From Syntrophomonadaceae bacterium (GTDB taxonomy: Bacteria > Bacillota > Syntrophomonadia > Syntrophomonadales > Syntrophomonadaceae): DNA of 48,971 nt. The position numbers were made by a program, and so were the translations under genes. Positions 1 through 9,694 of this stretch are shown one piece after another. How positions within the stretch are numbered: position 1 is the stretch's first letter; each line of letters begins with the position of its first letter. The notes under the pieces are model-generated. The model had not been told where the DNA came from. It ran no database searches and saw only the letters and a list, made by a program, of their open reading frames with translations. The DNA lies in the NCBI GenBank assembly GCA_018432955.1, contig JAHDSE010000084.1, positions 1-48,971 on the forward strand, written 5' to 3'.

Positions 1-60
1 AACATTCCTTTCTGGTTTTTGGGATTTTTCGCAATCTCTAAAAACACCAGATTTTAATGG

Positions 61-93
61 AATGTTCCTGTGTTTTTCTGGAACATTTTTTCT
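61..93 (+). terminator. Intrinsic-terminator-like hairpin ending a plus-strand unit that lies upstream of the window
   Basis: AATGTTCC (61-68) pairs with GGAACATT (80-87) across an 11-nt loop and is followed by TTTTTCTT. No plus-strand ORF follows it. Confidence 0.45.
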
Positions 94-184
94 TATCCTG
101 GCAATGAAAACTCCATCCCGCTTCCAGGAGTTGATTCAGTTGCTAACCAGAGCTATTGAACTATCCTTTATTCCCTTGTATTAT

Positions 185-1606
185 TTACATCTTATAGTAA
201 GCCAGGTTATTCATTAGCTCTATATCCAGCTCGCCGTCAGCTTTTCTAAGTTTGTTGTAGCGAGCTTCAAGCAATTTAAGGTCTTTTGCTCTGTTATTAT
301 TGAATTTAGTGATTTGCTGATTATATAGGGGATGTTTTTCCAGGTTTTCGCGGACCGATTCAGAAAAAGGACAATGTTTAAACAATATTTCTCTGGCTAC
401 TTTATTCAATCGCAGTAATCCCTTGGATTCAAAATTAATCCAGATGTGATAGTCAGAAGCAAATATATCCCCCACATTATTGCGATGTTTGTCGATCTGC
501 ACTTTTACTTTTTCTTTCGCTTCCTCTGACAAATCCCGGTTTTTTTTGTAAAACTGTATGTAATTTCTATACTCACCGATCAATGAATCCTGAGATACTT
601 CATTTCGAGAATAACTAAACATGGCTCTGGATAATTCCCAGCGGAATTTGGACACTAATTCCACCATTAGGTTGTCCAGATTCTCAGCAGAAAAAATCGG
701 CAAAATAATACGACCAGGGGATGTCCTTACCCTGCCCGTCAATTCCTGCCACATTACTGCCCCTGCCCCAAAGGTAGGCATTAAAATAAAATCAGGCAGA
801 ACCGGTTTCATTATCAACTCTTTTTTTATCCCTTTCTTCGGACAATTGTAGACAATTTCCCGATGAAAAGCCGAGAAATCCACCTCGAGAACCTTATTAA
901 GGCTCTTTTCAATTTTATCTGCGGTAATCATTGATTTCGGTAAATCCTTGATTATCATTCCACTATGCAGGATCGGGAAATAGCCTCTCGTCTGCCGATA
1001 ACAAAGTCTCTGCCCAATTCTGAACAAATTATCAATCTCGTGAGCCAGGCGACCTTCGACGTTATTATCATATTCAGTTTTATCCCTCTCATGAAGCTCT
1101 CCCTTTTTTTTCTTTTCCCTGAATACGTCAAAATAATCCAAGCCGAATTCGTTAATCGAAGGGTCTTTTTCTCTGGTATATATCTTTGCCAGCCACTCTT
1201 GTCCATTATATACGGAATACCTGCCTGCAACAGCAGGTTTACAGATAAGTTCATAAAGGGCATTCGTATGTTCCGGCTGCAGAAGGTTTTCGTCGACATA
1301 GGCATACTGTAAAAACATATGATAAAGTGGACTAGAATTGTTTTCCAGTAATACTTTCTTAAATACAGCAGAGTAAACTTCGAAAAACACAGGGCTGATC
1401 TTCTCTCTAATTTTCCTGCTTTCCGAACCAGATTTATCCTGGATATTTCTGAACATCTCCAGGTTTTTTCTGAACACCTCCTTACGATCCGCAGGTATGG
1501 CAGCGTAATTCAAGATCCGCTCCGCACTATTCCTGAGCTCTTCAGGAATACTATCTTCTGCCCGCTTATCTCTTTGATCGGCAGCTTGCTTTAGTCTACG
1601 ATTCAT
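185..1606 (-). CDS. Hypothetical protein, 473 aa, no family recognised
   Basis: Longest ORF in the interval. The ATG is preceded by GAGGTG 8 nt upstream. The overlapping ORFs in other frames are short shadows. The protein is charged and Lys/Glu-rich, with no TM segment or catalytic motif I can name. Confidence 0.7.
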   Translation of the reverse strand: MNRRLKQAADQRDKRAEDSIPEELRNSAERILNYAAIPADRKEVFRKNLEMFRNIQDKSGSESRKIREKISPVFFEVYSAVFKKVLLENNSSPLYHMFLQYAYVDENLLQPEHTNALYELICKPAVAGRYSVYNGQEWLAKIYTREKDPSINEFGLDYFDVFREKKKKGELHERDKTEYDNNVEGRLAHEIDNLFRIGQRLCYRQTRGYFPILHSGMIIKDLPKSMITADKIEKSLNKVLEVDFSAFHREIVYNCPKKGIKKELIMKPVLPDFILMPTFGAGAVMWQELTGRVRTSPGRIILPIFSAENLDNLMVELVSKFRWELSRAMFSYSRNEVSQDSLIGEYRNYIQFYKKNRDLSEEAKEKVKVQIDKHRNNVGDIFASDYHIWINFESKGLLRLNKVAREILFKHCPFSESVRENLEKHPLYNQQITKFNNNRAKDLKLLEARYNKLRKADGELDIELMNNLAYYKM

Positions 1607-1869
1607 AAAAGATCACACCTCAATTGTTGTTTAAAGTAAATCTATAGTCATATTTTTTCAGATATCTCTATTATAATAGACTTATTAAAATTTTTCCATA
1701 TATGTTAACCTACTTTTCATTTTCCTTAATTTATTTGTTACTACTTGTTCTTGTTTGCAATTGTCATATTAAGTAAGATAAATATTTTCTCTTCTTATCG
1801 CTCATCAAACATATGCCAAGAAATCCTCAAAATGCTATAAAAATTTTTATGTTTCAATTCCAATCGTCA

Positions 1870-2169
1870 CTATTTGGAGATGCCTCTTGCCCAGTTCCTT
1901 TGCTTACATTTTGGACAGTATAGTTTTTTGTAGTTTACTCCACCATTAATGCCTACAATATTTTGCCACATATTGATTTCAAAGTTTTCCCCACATTTTT
2001 CGCAAATCCATTTATAACTGATTGTACTCCAATGTATCAGCATTATCAGACCTGCAAACAAGCTTAATATAGAAATAATTATTTTATTATTACCTGCTCC
2101 AACAAAAATCATAATTAATGAGACTGCAACTATAGCCATACTTGCTGCAAAATAGCCTTTATTTTTCAA
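1870..2169 (-). CDS. Small membrane protein with a C-terminal zinc ribbon (99 aa)
   Basis: Two hydrophobic helices (FAASMAIVAVSLIMIFVGAG and IIISILSLFAGLIMLIHW) are followed by CEKCG...CPKC. Its start overlaps the stop of the upstream nuclease gene by 11 nt. Confidence 0.6.
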   Translation of the reverse strand: MKNKGYFAASMAIVAVSLIMIFVGAGNNKIIISILSLFAGLIMLIHWSTISYKWICEKCGENFEINMWQNIVGINGGVNYKKLYCPKCKQRNWARGISK

Positions 2170-2944
2170 CCCGGCTCACTTCTTTACATAAGCCACAACA
2201 GTTTTTACAGGGCTTATAGCCTGCAGCCTCAGCTTCTTCAGGAGATTCAAACCATACCTGATTTTTTTCTTTAATGGTTTTAGCCCATTTACAAGTGGGA
2301 AGATGATATTTGTCACTGTTACGGCTTCCCAGATATTTCCCCTGTTCCATCTCCTGATTACCCTCGCTGCTTATTTCATCTTCTTCCAACTCCAATGCCC
2401 AGAGACCTCGCTTTGACTCCCGTGCTTCCTTCTGGGCAGCCGTGAAGCGTTCTACATATTTGACATTGGGCGGGAAAGTCGCCAGCCGGGCATAACCTTC
2501 CAGCAGCAAGGTCTCGTTGAACATCTCATCTCCCAGCCATACATAAGCCAATATTCGGCCGTATCTGTCCCTTTCTTCTACATCCAGTTCCAGGCGTATT
2601 TCCTGGCCCTTAAGCCTCTCTTTGCTAAAATCACTGGCCTCTTTTCCATAGGGTTCTTCGTCTTTTTCCGGATGTACAGTTTCCGGGGTATCTATCCCTA
2701 TCAATCTTACTTTTTCTTTGGTTTCTGCCATCTTCACTTCAATGGTATCCCCGTCAACCACACGGTTAACTATTATAACGTCTTGTTCCTCCTGGCAAGC
2801 AGAAAGGAACAGCGATATGAGGACTATTATCAACACCAGGGTAATCAGTCCAATTCTTTTACGGGGCTTTAAGAAAGGCATTGAAAAAAGACCCAGCAGA
2901 AGAACCGCACAGAGAACCGCATATAAAGTCTGCTCCATAATCAT
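2159..2944 (-). CDS. Membrane-anchored thermonuclease (SNase family) with a C-terminal Ada-like Cys-rich zinc domain
   Basis: N-terminal hydrophobic segments. SNase motifs VDGDTI, VRLIGIDTPE and YGRILAYVW. The C-terminus YHLPTCKW...GYKPCKNCC resembles the Ada-type metal-binding domain. Confidence 0.85.
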   Translation of the reverse strand: MIMEQTLYAVLCAVLLLGLFSMPFLKPRKRIGLITLVLIIVLISLFLSACQEEQDVIIVNRVVDGDTIEVKMAETKEKVRLIGIDTPETVHPEKDEEPYGKEASDFSKERLKGQEIRLELDVEERDRYGRILAYVWLGDEMFNETLLLEGYARLATFPPNVKYVERFTAAQKEARESKRGLWALELEEDEISSEGNQEMEQGKYLGSRNSDKYHLPTCKWAKTIKEKNQVWFESPEEAEAAGYKPCKNCCGLCKEVSRVEK

Positions 2945-3024
2945 CCCTCATCTTTGCTTGTATTGTTGCCAGCCTTTATTCGCATATTTTTCAGGTTGAA
3001 TCCTGCTCCAGAGTTACTTTTGGC

Positions 3025-5871
3025 TTAGCCAGGTTTTTTGGCTCGCTTTTTGGCCTGCAGAAGTCGAGAAATGCTATCCTCTTCTTTCGGGACTTCTTTA
3101 GCATTATTTTCTGCTTTCACTTCATCTCTGCTCTGAGTTGCTGTTTGCTCTAAAGGCTTATCATGAGCAGGGGGGGGTGACATCTCTGCATTCTGTATGG
3201 TTCTGGCCTGCTGTATATCCTGTAAACTCTTTTTTCTTTCCTGCAAACGGGATATCGAAGATGAGTCTGTCGCTTCTTCCTGAAGCCCTGATAGCTTCTG
3301 ACGGATTTCTTCCTTCCGGGATTTTATATCGGAGAATCCTATATTCAGCCTGCGGGCAGCAATATCCAGAGGCAGAATTATCAGTGCCAGCATAAGCAGG
3401 TAGGGCCAAAGTTCCAGTGCTCCTCTCACTGGGGCCAGATTATCGGCAAAGGCTTCACGCGGCTCGGTCAGGATTTTCCCTCCGCCTGATTCCAGTACCC
3501 GCTCAAGCATTTTTTCATCAAGCCCGGCAAAACTATATTCCGGAGAATAAGGAACTGCAACGCCACCGCTGACCGTTCTTAACTGCTGTCCATTCTCGTC
3601 CTGAGCGACAGTCATCATATAGACTCCAGCTTCCCGGCTTGAAAACCTGCCTTCGTAGCGTCCGGGAGCAACCGGCTGCAGAATAATCTCCTGTTTTTCC
3701 AGGCTGGGGCTTACTACACTGGCTGTTGTGGGTAAAATCCGGCTGTATTCGCTGGACTCTACTTGAATAAGCCCATGATTGCCTTCAATGCTGGCCTGTA
3801 AATTCAAAACTTCACTGCCCTGGGTCCTCGGTAAGAGCCAGGATATTATATTGGCCCAGAATCTGTTGTAATACTGCCAGCTAATCCAGGGTGTTGACCA
3901 TCGCCCGGAAACGTCACTGGTAAAGGCCACCGAACGACCCAGACCATATTGCCAGTGGGCCAGTAGCGGGTCTCCCCGATGACTGGCGAGAACCATCGCG
4001 GCAGTGTCCTTGGGAGATGTTGCCACATAACCATTCAGTTCAGGCACAGCAGCCAATCCGTCCATAACTGAGCTGGCTGCAGTCTGAACCGGTAAAAAAT
4101 CTTCTTCCACCAGATAGTGATTTAATGCCCTAATGGTTTCTTTGGTAAATATTTTAGGTATACTGGAAACATCCTCGCTGAAATAATATCTTCCCCGCCC
4201 CCATTTAGCCAGGGTTTCCATCAAATCCGTATCAGCATCTTCTCCAACCGCAACTGTGGACATGGTAATGTTCTCATTTTCCATTCTCCTGGCCAGGTAA
4301 TAGTAATCACCTGAAGTAGCTGATTGTCCGTCGGTGAGCAGTATTATATGCTTGTATTTGCACTCAGCATCCTTGAGGCTGCTGTAGGCCAAAGCCAATG
4401 AGGGGAAAATATTGGTCCCGCCTCCGGCTCTAATAGTAGCAATATCATCCTGTATGGCCTGCAGATCATCAGGGCTCTGCAGCTTCACTACCCACTGGCA
4501 GGCCTCATCAAAGGCTATAACTCCAATTTTATCCAGGGGTCCCAGAATACTGGTGGCCTGTATGGCCGCTTCTTTTGCCAGGTCTATTTTGCTGTAAGCT
4601 CCTTGTCCCCCGGACATACTTCCTGATTTATCAATAACCATCACCAACCCCAAACTGGGAATTTCAGCTTTGCCGCGCAAATCCATATGAACCGGCAGGG
4701 CCTTTTCCACCGGAGTATTAAAATATCCCCCCGGTCCAAAGCTCTGTTCTCCCCCCAGCATGATCAAACCGTTTCCCAGGTCGCGAACACTCGAGTGTAT
4801 CGCTTCCATAGCTTCGTTTCTTATTTCCTCTGCAGGAACATTGCACAGAGCAATTACTGCATAACGCTGTAGTTCGGCTAAACTGCCGGGTATCTCCAGG
4901 GGAGAAATGCATTTACTCTTTAGGCCCAGGGAACTCAGCGCCGCTTGCAAAGTCTTCCCTTCTCCGGCTTCCCCTTCTACCAGCAGCACTGTTGGCGGAC
5001 CATGGACAAGAGTAAAGGCACTGGCTTCGTTGTTCTCGGCAATAGTGTCTTCTTCGAATTCGGCAGTAACGCCGAAGCTAAAAAAGCCGCTTTCCTCAAT
5101 TGTTGAGGAATACACAAACTGGTTTTCACCTTTGCTGAGTCTCACCACTTCCTCAGCTATCAGAGTACGATCCCGAAATATCCTCAAAATTCCACTGCCG
5201 CCTGTATTGGAATGTATTCTTACTTTCAGGGGAAAACTCTCCCCGGCAAATAATTTTTGCGGTATTTCCAGGCTTTCTACTTTGCTCTCATGGCTTTCAG
5301 CCGGCTCCAGTGGCACCAGATCCACCCGCAGTTGTTTATTCGCCAGAAACTCAATTTCGCTTACAAGATCCCCCATATTTTCCCGGTAATCGGAAAACAA
5401 TACCAATCTTTTCTGAGAAGTTTCTGGTATCAGAGCATCAGCCAGCTCCAGCCCTTTTTCTATATTGCTGTGTCCCCTGTCCACCAAACTCTCTATGGAA
5501 GCGATTTCTGCATCCCGGGAAAGCGGCTGATCTACCCGGGCGTTTTCTCCGAATACCACTACCGCGGCTTTATCGTCAGCTTTCTTGTATTCTAAGGCTT
5601 CCTTTATAAAATTTTCCGCCATGTTTTTCCCCTGTTCACAACTGGCAGAAAGGTCTACTACAAATACCACTGATTGTTCATTAATTTTATAGCGCAATTG
5701 AAGGCCTGCCAGAGACAGTATAATACACAATATAAGGCCTACTCTCAATGCACAGATCAGTTTTCGCCTTCCAGCCGGCATCTGCCGGGCACTGCGATAC
5801 CAGAGGCGCACCGGATACAGAACCAGCGGTATCAGCAGCAAAATCCATGGATAATGGAAACTAATAGCCAC
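3025..5871 (-). CDS. Large membrane protein with two vWA domains (BatB-like) and a charged C-terminal tail
   Basis: Two MIDAS-type DxSxS motifs (VVDLSAS and VIDKSGSMSG), an N-terminal TM region and a late TM helix. I prefer the GTG at 5871 (GGGAGGTG 7 nt upstream) over the ORF-track TTG at 5892, which has no RBS. Confidence 0.85.
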   Translation of the reverse strand: MAISFHYPWILLLIPLVLYPVRLWYRSARQMPAGRRKLICALRVGLILCIILSLAGLQLRYKINEQSVVFVVDLSASCEQGKNMAENFIKEALEYKKADDKAAVVVFGENARVDQPLSRDAEIASIESLVDRGHSNIEKGLELADALIPETSQKRLVLFSDYRENMGDLVSEIEFLANKQLRVDLVPLEPAESHESKVESLEIPQKLFAGESFPLKVRIHSNTGGSGILRIFRDRTLIAEEVVRLSKGENQFVYSSTIEESGFFSFGVTAEFEEDTIAENNEASAFTLVHGPPTVLLVEGEAGEGKTLQAALSSLGLKSKCISPLEIPGSLAELQRYAVIALCNVPAEEIRNEAMEAIHSSVRDLGNGLIMLGGEQSFGPGGYFNTPVEKALPVHMDLRGKAEIPSLGLVMVIDKSGSMSGGQGAYSKIDLAKEAAIQATSILGPLDKIGVIAFDEACQWVVKLQSPDDLQAIQDDIATIRAGGGTNIFPSLALAYSSLKDAECKYKHIILLTDGQSATSGDYYYLARRMENENITMSTVAVGEDADTDLMETLAKWGRGRYYFSEDVSSIPKIFTKETIRALNHYLVEEDFLPVQTAASSVMDGLAAVPELNGYVATSPKDTAAMVLASHRGDPLLAHWQYGLGRSVAFTSDVSGRWSTPWISWQYYNRFWANIISWLLPRTQGSEVLNLQASIEGNHGLIQVESSEYSRILPTTASVVSPSLEKQEIILQPVAPGRYEGRFSSREAGVYMMTVAQDENGQQLRTVSGGVAVPYSPEYSFAGLDEKMLERVLESGGGKILTEPREAFADNLAPVRGALELWPYLLMLALIILPLDIAARRLNIGFSDIKSRKEEIRQKLSGLQEEATDSSSISRLQERKKSLQDIQQARTIQNAEMSPPPAHDKPLEQTATQSRDEVKAENNAKEVPKEEDSISRLLQAKKRAKKPG

Positions 5872-7693
5872 GCCGGTACACCTCCCATTCAAGTACGAGT
5901 ATCAAAAAAGCCATCCAGGCTAAAAAAATCCAGATTTCTTTTTTGCTAAGACGCAGCTTTTCCTCATTCTCCTGGGCAAATGCCTGTTTCCAGGAAAGCT
6001 CGCCCGGATTTATATCGGATTCCAGCCCATTCAACTTTTTCAGCACATAATAAAAGGGGGTTTCTTCATCGGCCTGCTTTACCATATAGAGGCCCGGAGC
6101 CATGGCGGGGAATTTATCAGGGAAAGGAGCCTGAAATTCCTGTTCTGCTTCTCCCTCTTTCTGAATAATAATGCTCTCGTTGTCTATATCTGTCATCTTA
6201 GGCAATGAAAAATAATTTTGCGAAGCATCCAGGATAAGAGTATTGCTGGAGGCAGGAAGCAGCCAGGAGCCCAAATTATTGATGAGAATAGGAAATCCCG
6301 TCTGCAGCGGGATATTACTGTTATGCAAATCGAAAGTAAATATTGCTATTCTTCTATTATCTTTTTCTCCAACAAGCAGGAGCGGCACTTCCTGGTATTG
6401 CAAAAGAGGGCGGCACCAGTTCGGTACTTCCACTTGCCGGCATTTGCTTATCTGCCAGTCATTAAGATCCACATAGTTCAAGAGGGGTTGGTTGTCAACA
6501 GGCTTGACCTGCTTGATACCAGTGAACTCGCCTTTGACCGGGATGAGGCTGTTGGAAACAGGAGGGTCAAGCAAAAGAATATTTCCCCTGGGTAAAGCCG
6601 TGGGCAAAAAACTGTCAAAAATATATAAATCAAAGTCATCCATTCCCTCCTCATAGTCCTGGGTACTGGTTTTATACAATTCCACACCAGGCAGAAGGAG
6701 CAGAGATTTTTCCAGGAAAACATTAGCCTGACTTACCAGGAGAATACGCCGATTATCTCTTTGTTCCAGCACAGCATAAGCCTGGTTATCGAGCATCAGT
6801 ACATCAGACCTGCTTAAACTGGCTTTGATAAAGGCTTCGTTCCCAGGATCAAGGTCTTCCCATATTATTTCACGGCTTTCCCCTGGCGGCAAACTGATTT
6901 CCCGGACATCGAGCAAAGCTTCACCTGCCTGTAATTTGAGCTCAGTTTTTCTTTCCTCGTTTCCATAATTATGTAAACGAGCCATAAGAATCATTTGTCT
7001 GGCCTCCTGGCGGGCAGCCAGGGCAGTAAGAGCCAGGTTGTCACTATCCCGGCCTATCCGGCGAAATTCCAATGGACAATCAAGCAAGAATTCATCTTCC
7101 ACAGGCGCAGTCCTGCCATCACTGAATACAATCACTGAAACATTGCCCGCATCTTCAGCCAGCGAAGCAATAATAGCAAGAACTGGTTCCGGCCTGGCAA
7201 CGCCGCAGCTAAGCTGAGCATCCTGAAGCGCCTTTTTGAGCATCAGTCGATCTCTGGAAGCAGATGCCAGAACCCGGGCTTCCTCCCCCATAGCTATCAA
7301 GCTCATTTCATCGTCTTTTCCCAATCCATCTATTAAATTTTCTATTTCTTTCCGGGCTTCTGCAAAACGTGAAGGAGAAATATCGTTGGCCATCATACTG
7401 CAGGAACAGTCCAGGACAACAATTATGTGACGGTCGCTATCTCCAGGGACTGGAAGATAAGGCCTGCTAAAAGCCAGAATCAGAATAGCTGCAGCCAGCA
7501 ACTGCAAAAACAGCAGCAGGTTTTTCTTAAGGCGCTGCCAGGGCATACTGGCTTCCATGTCTTTAAGAACCTGTTCCCATAAATAGGTGCTGGAAACCAG
7601 CATTTCCTGATATCGCCGTTTCAGGAGGTATAAAAGTATTATCAGAGGTATGATAACTGCAAAGAAAAAAGCTGATGGATTAAAAAACTCCAA
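5861..7693 (-). CDS. vWA-domain protein with a BatA-type N-terminal membrane anchor
   Basis: The N-terminus MEFFNPSAFFFAVIIPLIILLYLLKRR matches the aerotolerance-regulator N-terminal pattern. It has a MIDAS motif (VVLDCSCSM) and a C-terminal TM helix. Confidence 0.85.
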   Translation of the reverse strand: MEFFNPSAFFFAVIIPLIILLYLLKRRYQEMLVSSTYLWEQVLKDMEASMPWQRLKKNLLLFLQLLAAAILILAFSRPYLPVPGDSDRHIIVVLDCSCSMMANDISPSRFAEARKEIENLIDGLGKDDEMSLIAMGEEARVLASASRDRLMLKKALQDAQLSCGVARPEPVLAIIASLAEDAGNVSVIVFSDGRTAPVEDEFLLDCPLEFRRIGRDSDNLALTALAARQEARQMILMARLHNYGNEERKTELKLQAGEALLDVREISLPPGESREIIWEDLDPGNEAFIKASLSRSDVLMLDNQAYAVLEQRDNRRILLVSQANVFLEKSLLLLPGVELYKTSTQDYEEGMDDFDLYIFDSFLPTALPRGNILLLDPPVSNSLIPVKGEFTGIKQVKPVDNQPLLNYVDLNDWQISKCRQVEVPNWCRPLLQYQEVPLLLVGEKDNRRIAIFTFDLHNSNIPLQTGFPILINNLGSWLLPASSNTLILDASQNYFSLPKMTDIDNESIIIQKEGEAEQEFQAPFPDKFPAMAPGLYMVKQADEETPFYYVLKKLNGLESDINPGELSWKQAFAQENEEKLRLSKKEIWIFLAWMAFLILVLEWEVYRRGY

Positions 7694-7759
7694 TACTTTT
7701 CCCTCCTATTCATCAGAAATCGGGGTGAAGCAAAGGTTAAACAGATAATAGCATAATAA

Positions 7760-8638
7760 TCAGCCCAGTATTCCAGCCCTGGGCATGGACCGCAATATAA
7801 TATCTTCCAGAAGTTCATCACTGCAGATTTGTATAAAAGCCATACCTCGCCGGTGACAAAACTCCCTGGTCTCTGCAGTGAATTCCCGGATTTTCTTTTC
7901 ATAGGCTTTCAGCAAAGCAGTATTTATACTGATTTCCCGGATTTCTTTGCTTTCGCTATCCAGCAAGCGCCAGTCCCCATGTAAAACCGGGCTCAGTTCA
8001 TCCGGGGCCAGAATCTGCAGCAGGATTACTTCCTGCTTCAGGTATTGCAAATATTTCAGGCCTTCCTTGAAATCATGCGGTGACAGCAGGTCAGAAATTA
8101 TCAGAGAAACTCCGGGCCTGCGACTAAAGGGACCAAACTCCTTTATAGAATCACTGAGCCGGGTACTGCCTATCACTGGCAAAGCATCAAGAAAGCCCCA
8201 CACTTTTCTCAAGGCATTCCTGCCTCCCAGTGGCGGTTGATAAGAATACAAGTGTTCAGAGCAGGCAGCTATGGCAACCTGGTCATAAGCGGAAAGAGCC
8301 ATGTAAGCAAAAGCCCCTGCTATCTGTTTGGCCAGGCGGCTTTTTGACGGTTGTCCCCAGTCCATTGATTGGCTGGTATCCATAAAAATATTCAAGAGCA
8401 GATCCTGCTCCTCCACAAAAAGCTTAATAAAAAGCTTTTCTGAACGGGCATAGCTGTTCCAATCAATATAGCGAACATCATCACCCAGCGAATAACTGCG
8501 AAAATCGGCAAATTCCACAGAGTGTCCTTTCCTGGGTGAACGTCTTTCTCCCTGCTGGATTCCAGCCTTAAGTTTCTTGGTTCTCAAGGAAAGTCGCTGC
8601 AGTTGTTTGAGAAAATCCTCATTATAGAATTTCTCCAT
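7760..8638 (-). CDS. DUF58 domain protein (MoxR-associated)
   Basis: Hallmark motif FADFRSYSLGDDVRYIDWNSYARS. I chose the ATG at 8638 (GGAGGG 7 nt upstream). The ORF-track start at 8704 would overlap the MoxR gene by 38 nt. Confidence 0.85.
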   Translation of the reverse strand: MEKFYNEDFLKQLQRLSLRTKKLKAGIQQGERRSPRKGHSVEFADFRSYSLGDDVRYIDWNSYARSEKLFIKLFVEEQDLLLNIFMDTSQSMDWGQPSKSRLAKQIAGAFAYMALSAYDQVAIAACSEHLYSYQPPLGGRNALRKVWGFLDALPVIGSTRLSDSIKEFGPFSRRPGVSLIISDLLSPHDFKEGLKYLQYLKQEVILLQILAPDELSPVLHGDWRLLDSESKEIREISINTALLKAYEKKIREFTAETREFCHRRGMAFIQICSDELLEDIILRSMPRAGILG

Positions 8639-8666
8639 ACTGCTTCCCTCCGGTTTTTTCAATTTA

Positions 8667-9641
8667 TCATTCCTTGTCTCTGACTGCTTCAATAATTTCT
8701 GCAATCAACAAATCTGGATTGATACCTTCCGCTTCGCCTTCGAAATTGAGGAAAAAACGATGCCTCAGTGCCGGAAAAGCCAAGGCTTCAATATCCTCAA
8801 AAGCTACATTATATCTACCCTCAATGAGCGCCCGCACCTTCCCCGCAGCTATCAGGGCCTGGCCTCCCCGCGGTGAGACTCCGTAACGCACATATTTTTT
8901 TACACTATCAGGGGCATAAGTACTTTCAGGATGAGTAGCCATTACCATTCTGCCAGCCATAGCAGTTACCCGCTCGGAAACAGGTACTTCCCGGGCCAGT
9001 TCCATCATTCTTAAAACCTGCTCCCCTCCCATAACCTTTCTGGGTTCTTCCTGCCCTGAAGCTGTGGTGCTGCTAATTATATCTACCAGCTCTTTTTCTT
9101 CAGGGAATCCAACCATAAGCTTAAATAGAAAACGATCCATCTGAGCTTCCGGCAATGGATAAGTCCCTTCCATCTCCAGGGGATTCTGGGTAGCCAGCAC
9201 GAAAAACGGCCGCGGTAAGTTCCTGGTTTTTCCGCCGGCAGTCACTGTCTTTTCCTGCATAGCCTCCAGCATAGCGCTCTGGGTTTTTGGTGTAGCCCGA
9301 TTGATTTCATCAGCCAGAACTATGTTGGCAAAAACCGGGCCTGGCTGAAATTCAAAAAATTTTCGGCCATCCTGGTCTTCAGTGATAATATTTGTTCCCA
9401 TTATGTCCGAAGGCATTAAGTCAGGTGTAAATTGTATACGCTTGAATTCCAGAGACAGAACCTGTCCAACAGCACTTACCATTCGGGTTTTGCCCAAACC
9501 GGGAACTCCTTCCAAAAGGGCATTTCCTCCAGCCAGCATGCAAATGATAGTATTGCGGATTACATCATGCTGTCCAACTATAACCCTGGCAATTTCTGCT
9601 TCTATTTCCTTAACAGTTTGAGCAAAACTATCAAGCTCCAT
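8667..9641 (-). CDS. MoxR-family AAA+ ATPase
   Basis: Walker A GVPGLGKT, Walker B/sensor region VLADEINRATPKTQSAMLEAMQE, and a typical length of 324 aa. Confidence 0.95.
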   Translation of the reverse strand: MELDSFAQTVKEIEAEIARVIVGQHDVIRNTIICMLAGGNALLEGVPGLGKTRMVSAVGQVLSLEFKRIQFTPDLMPSDIMGTNIITEDQDGRKFFEFQPGPVFANIVLADEINRATPKTQSAMLEAMQEKTVTAGGKTRNLPRPFFVLATQNPLEMEGTYPLPEAQMDRFLFKLMVGFPEEKELVDIISSTTASGQEEPRKVMGGEQVLRMMELAREVPVSERVTAMAGRMVMATHPESTYAPDSVKKYVRYGVSPRGGQALIAAGKVRALIEGRYNVAFEDIEALAFPALRHRFFLNFEGEAEGINPDLLIAEIIEAVRDKE

Positions 9642-9694
9642 AATGTACCCCCTTGTTTTAAGATGTATATTAAATCACTTCCGAATTTCGCCTC

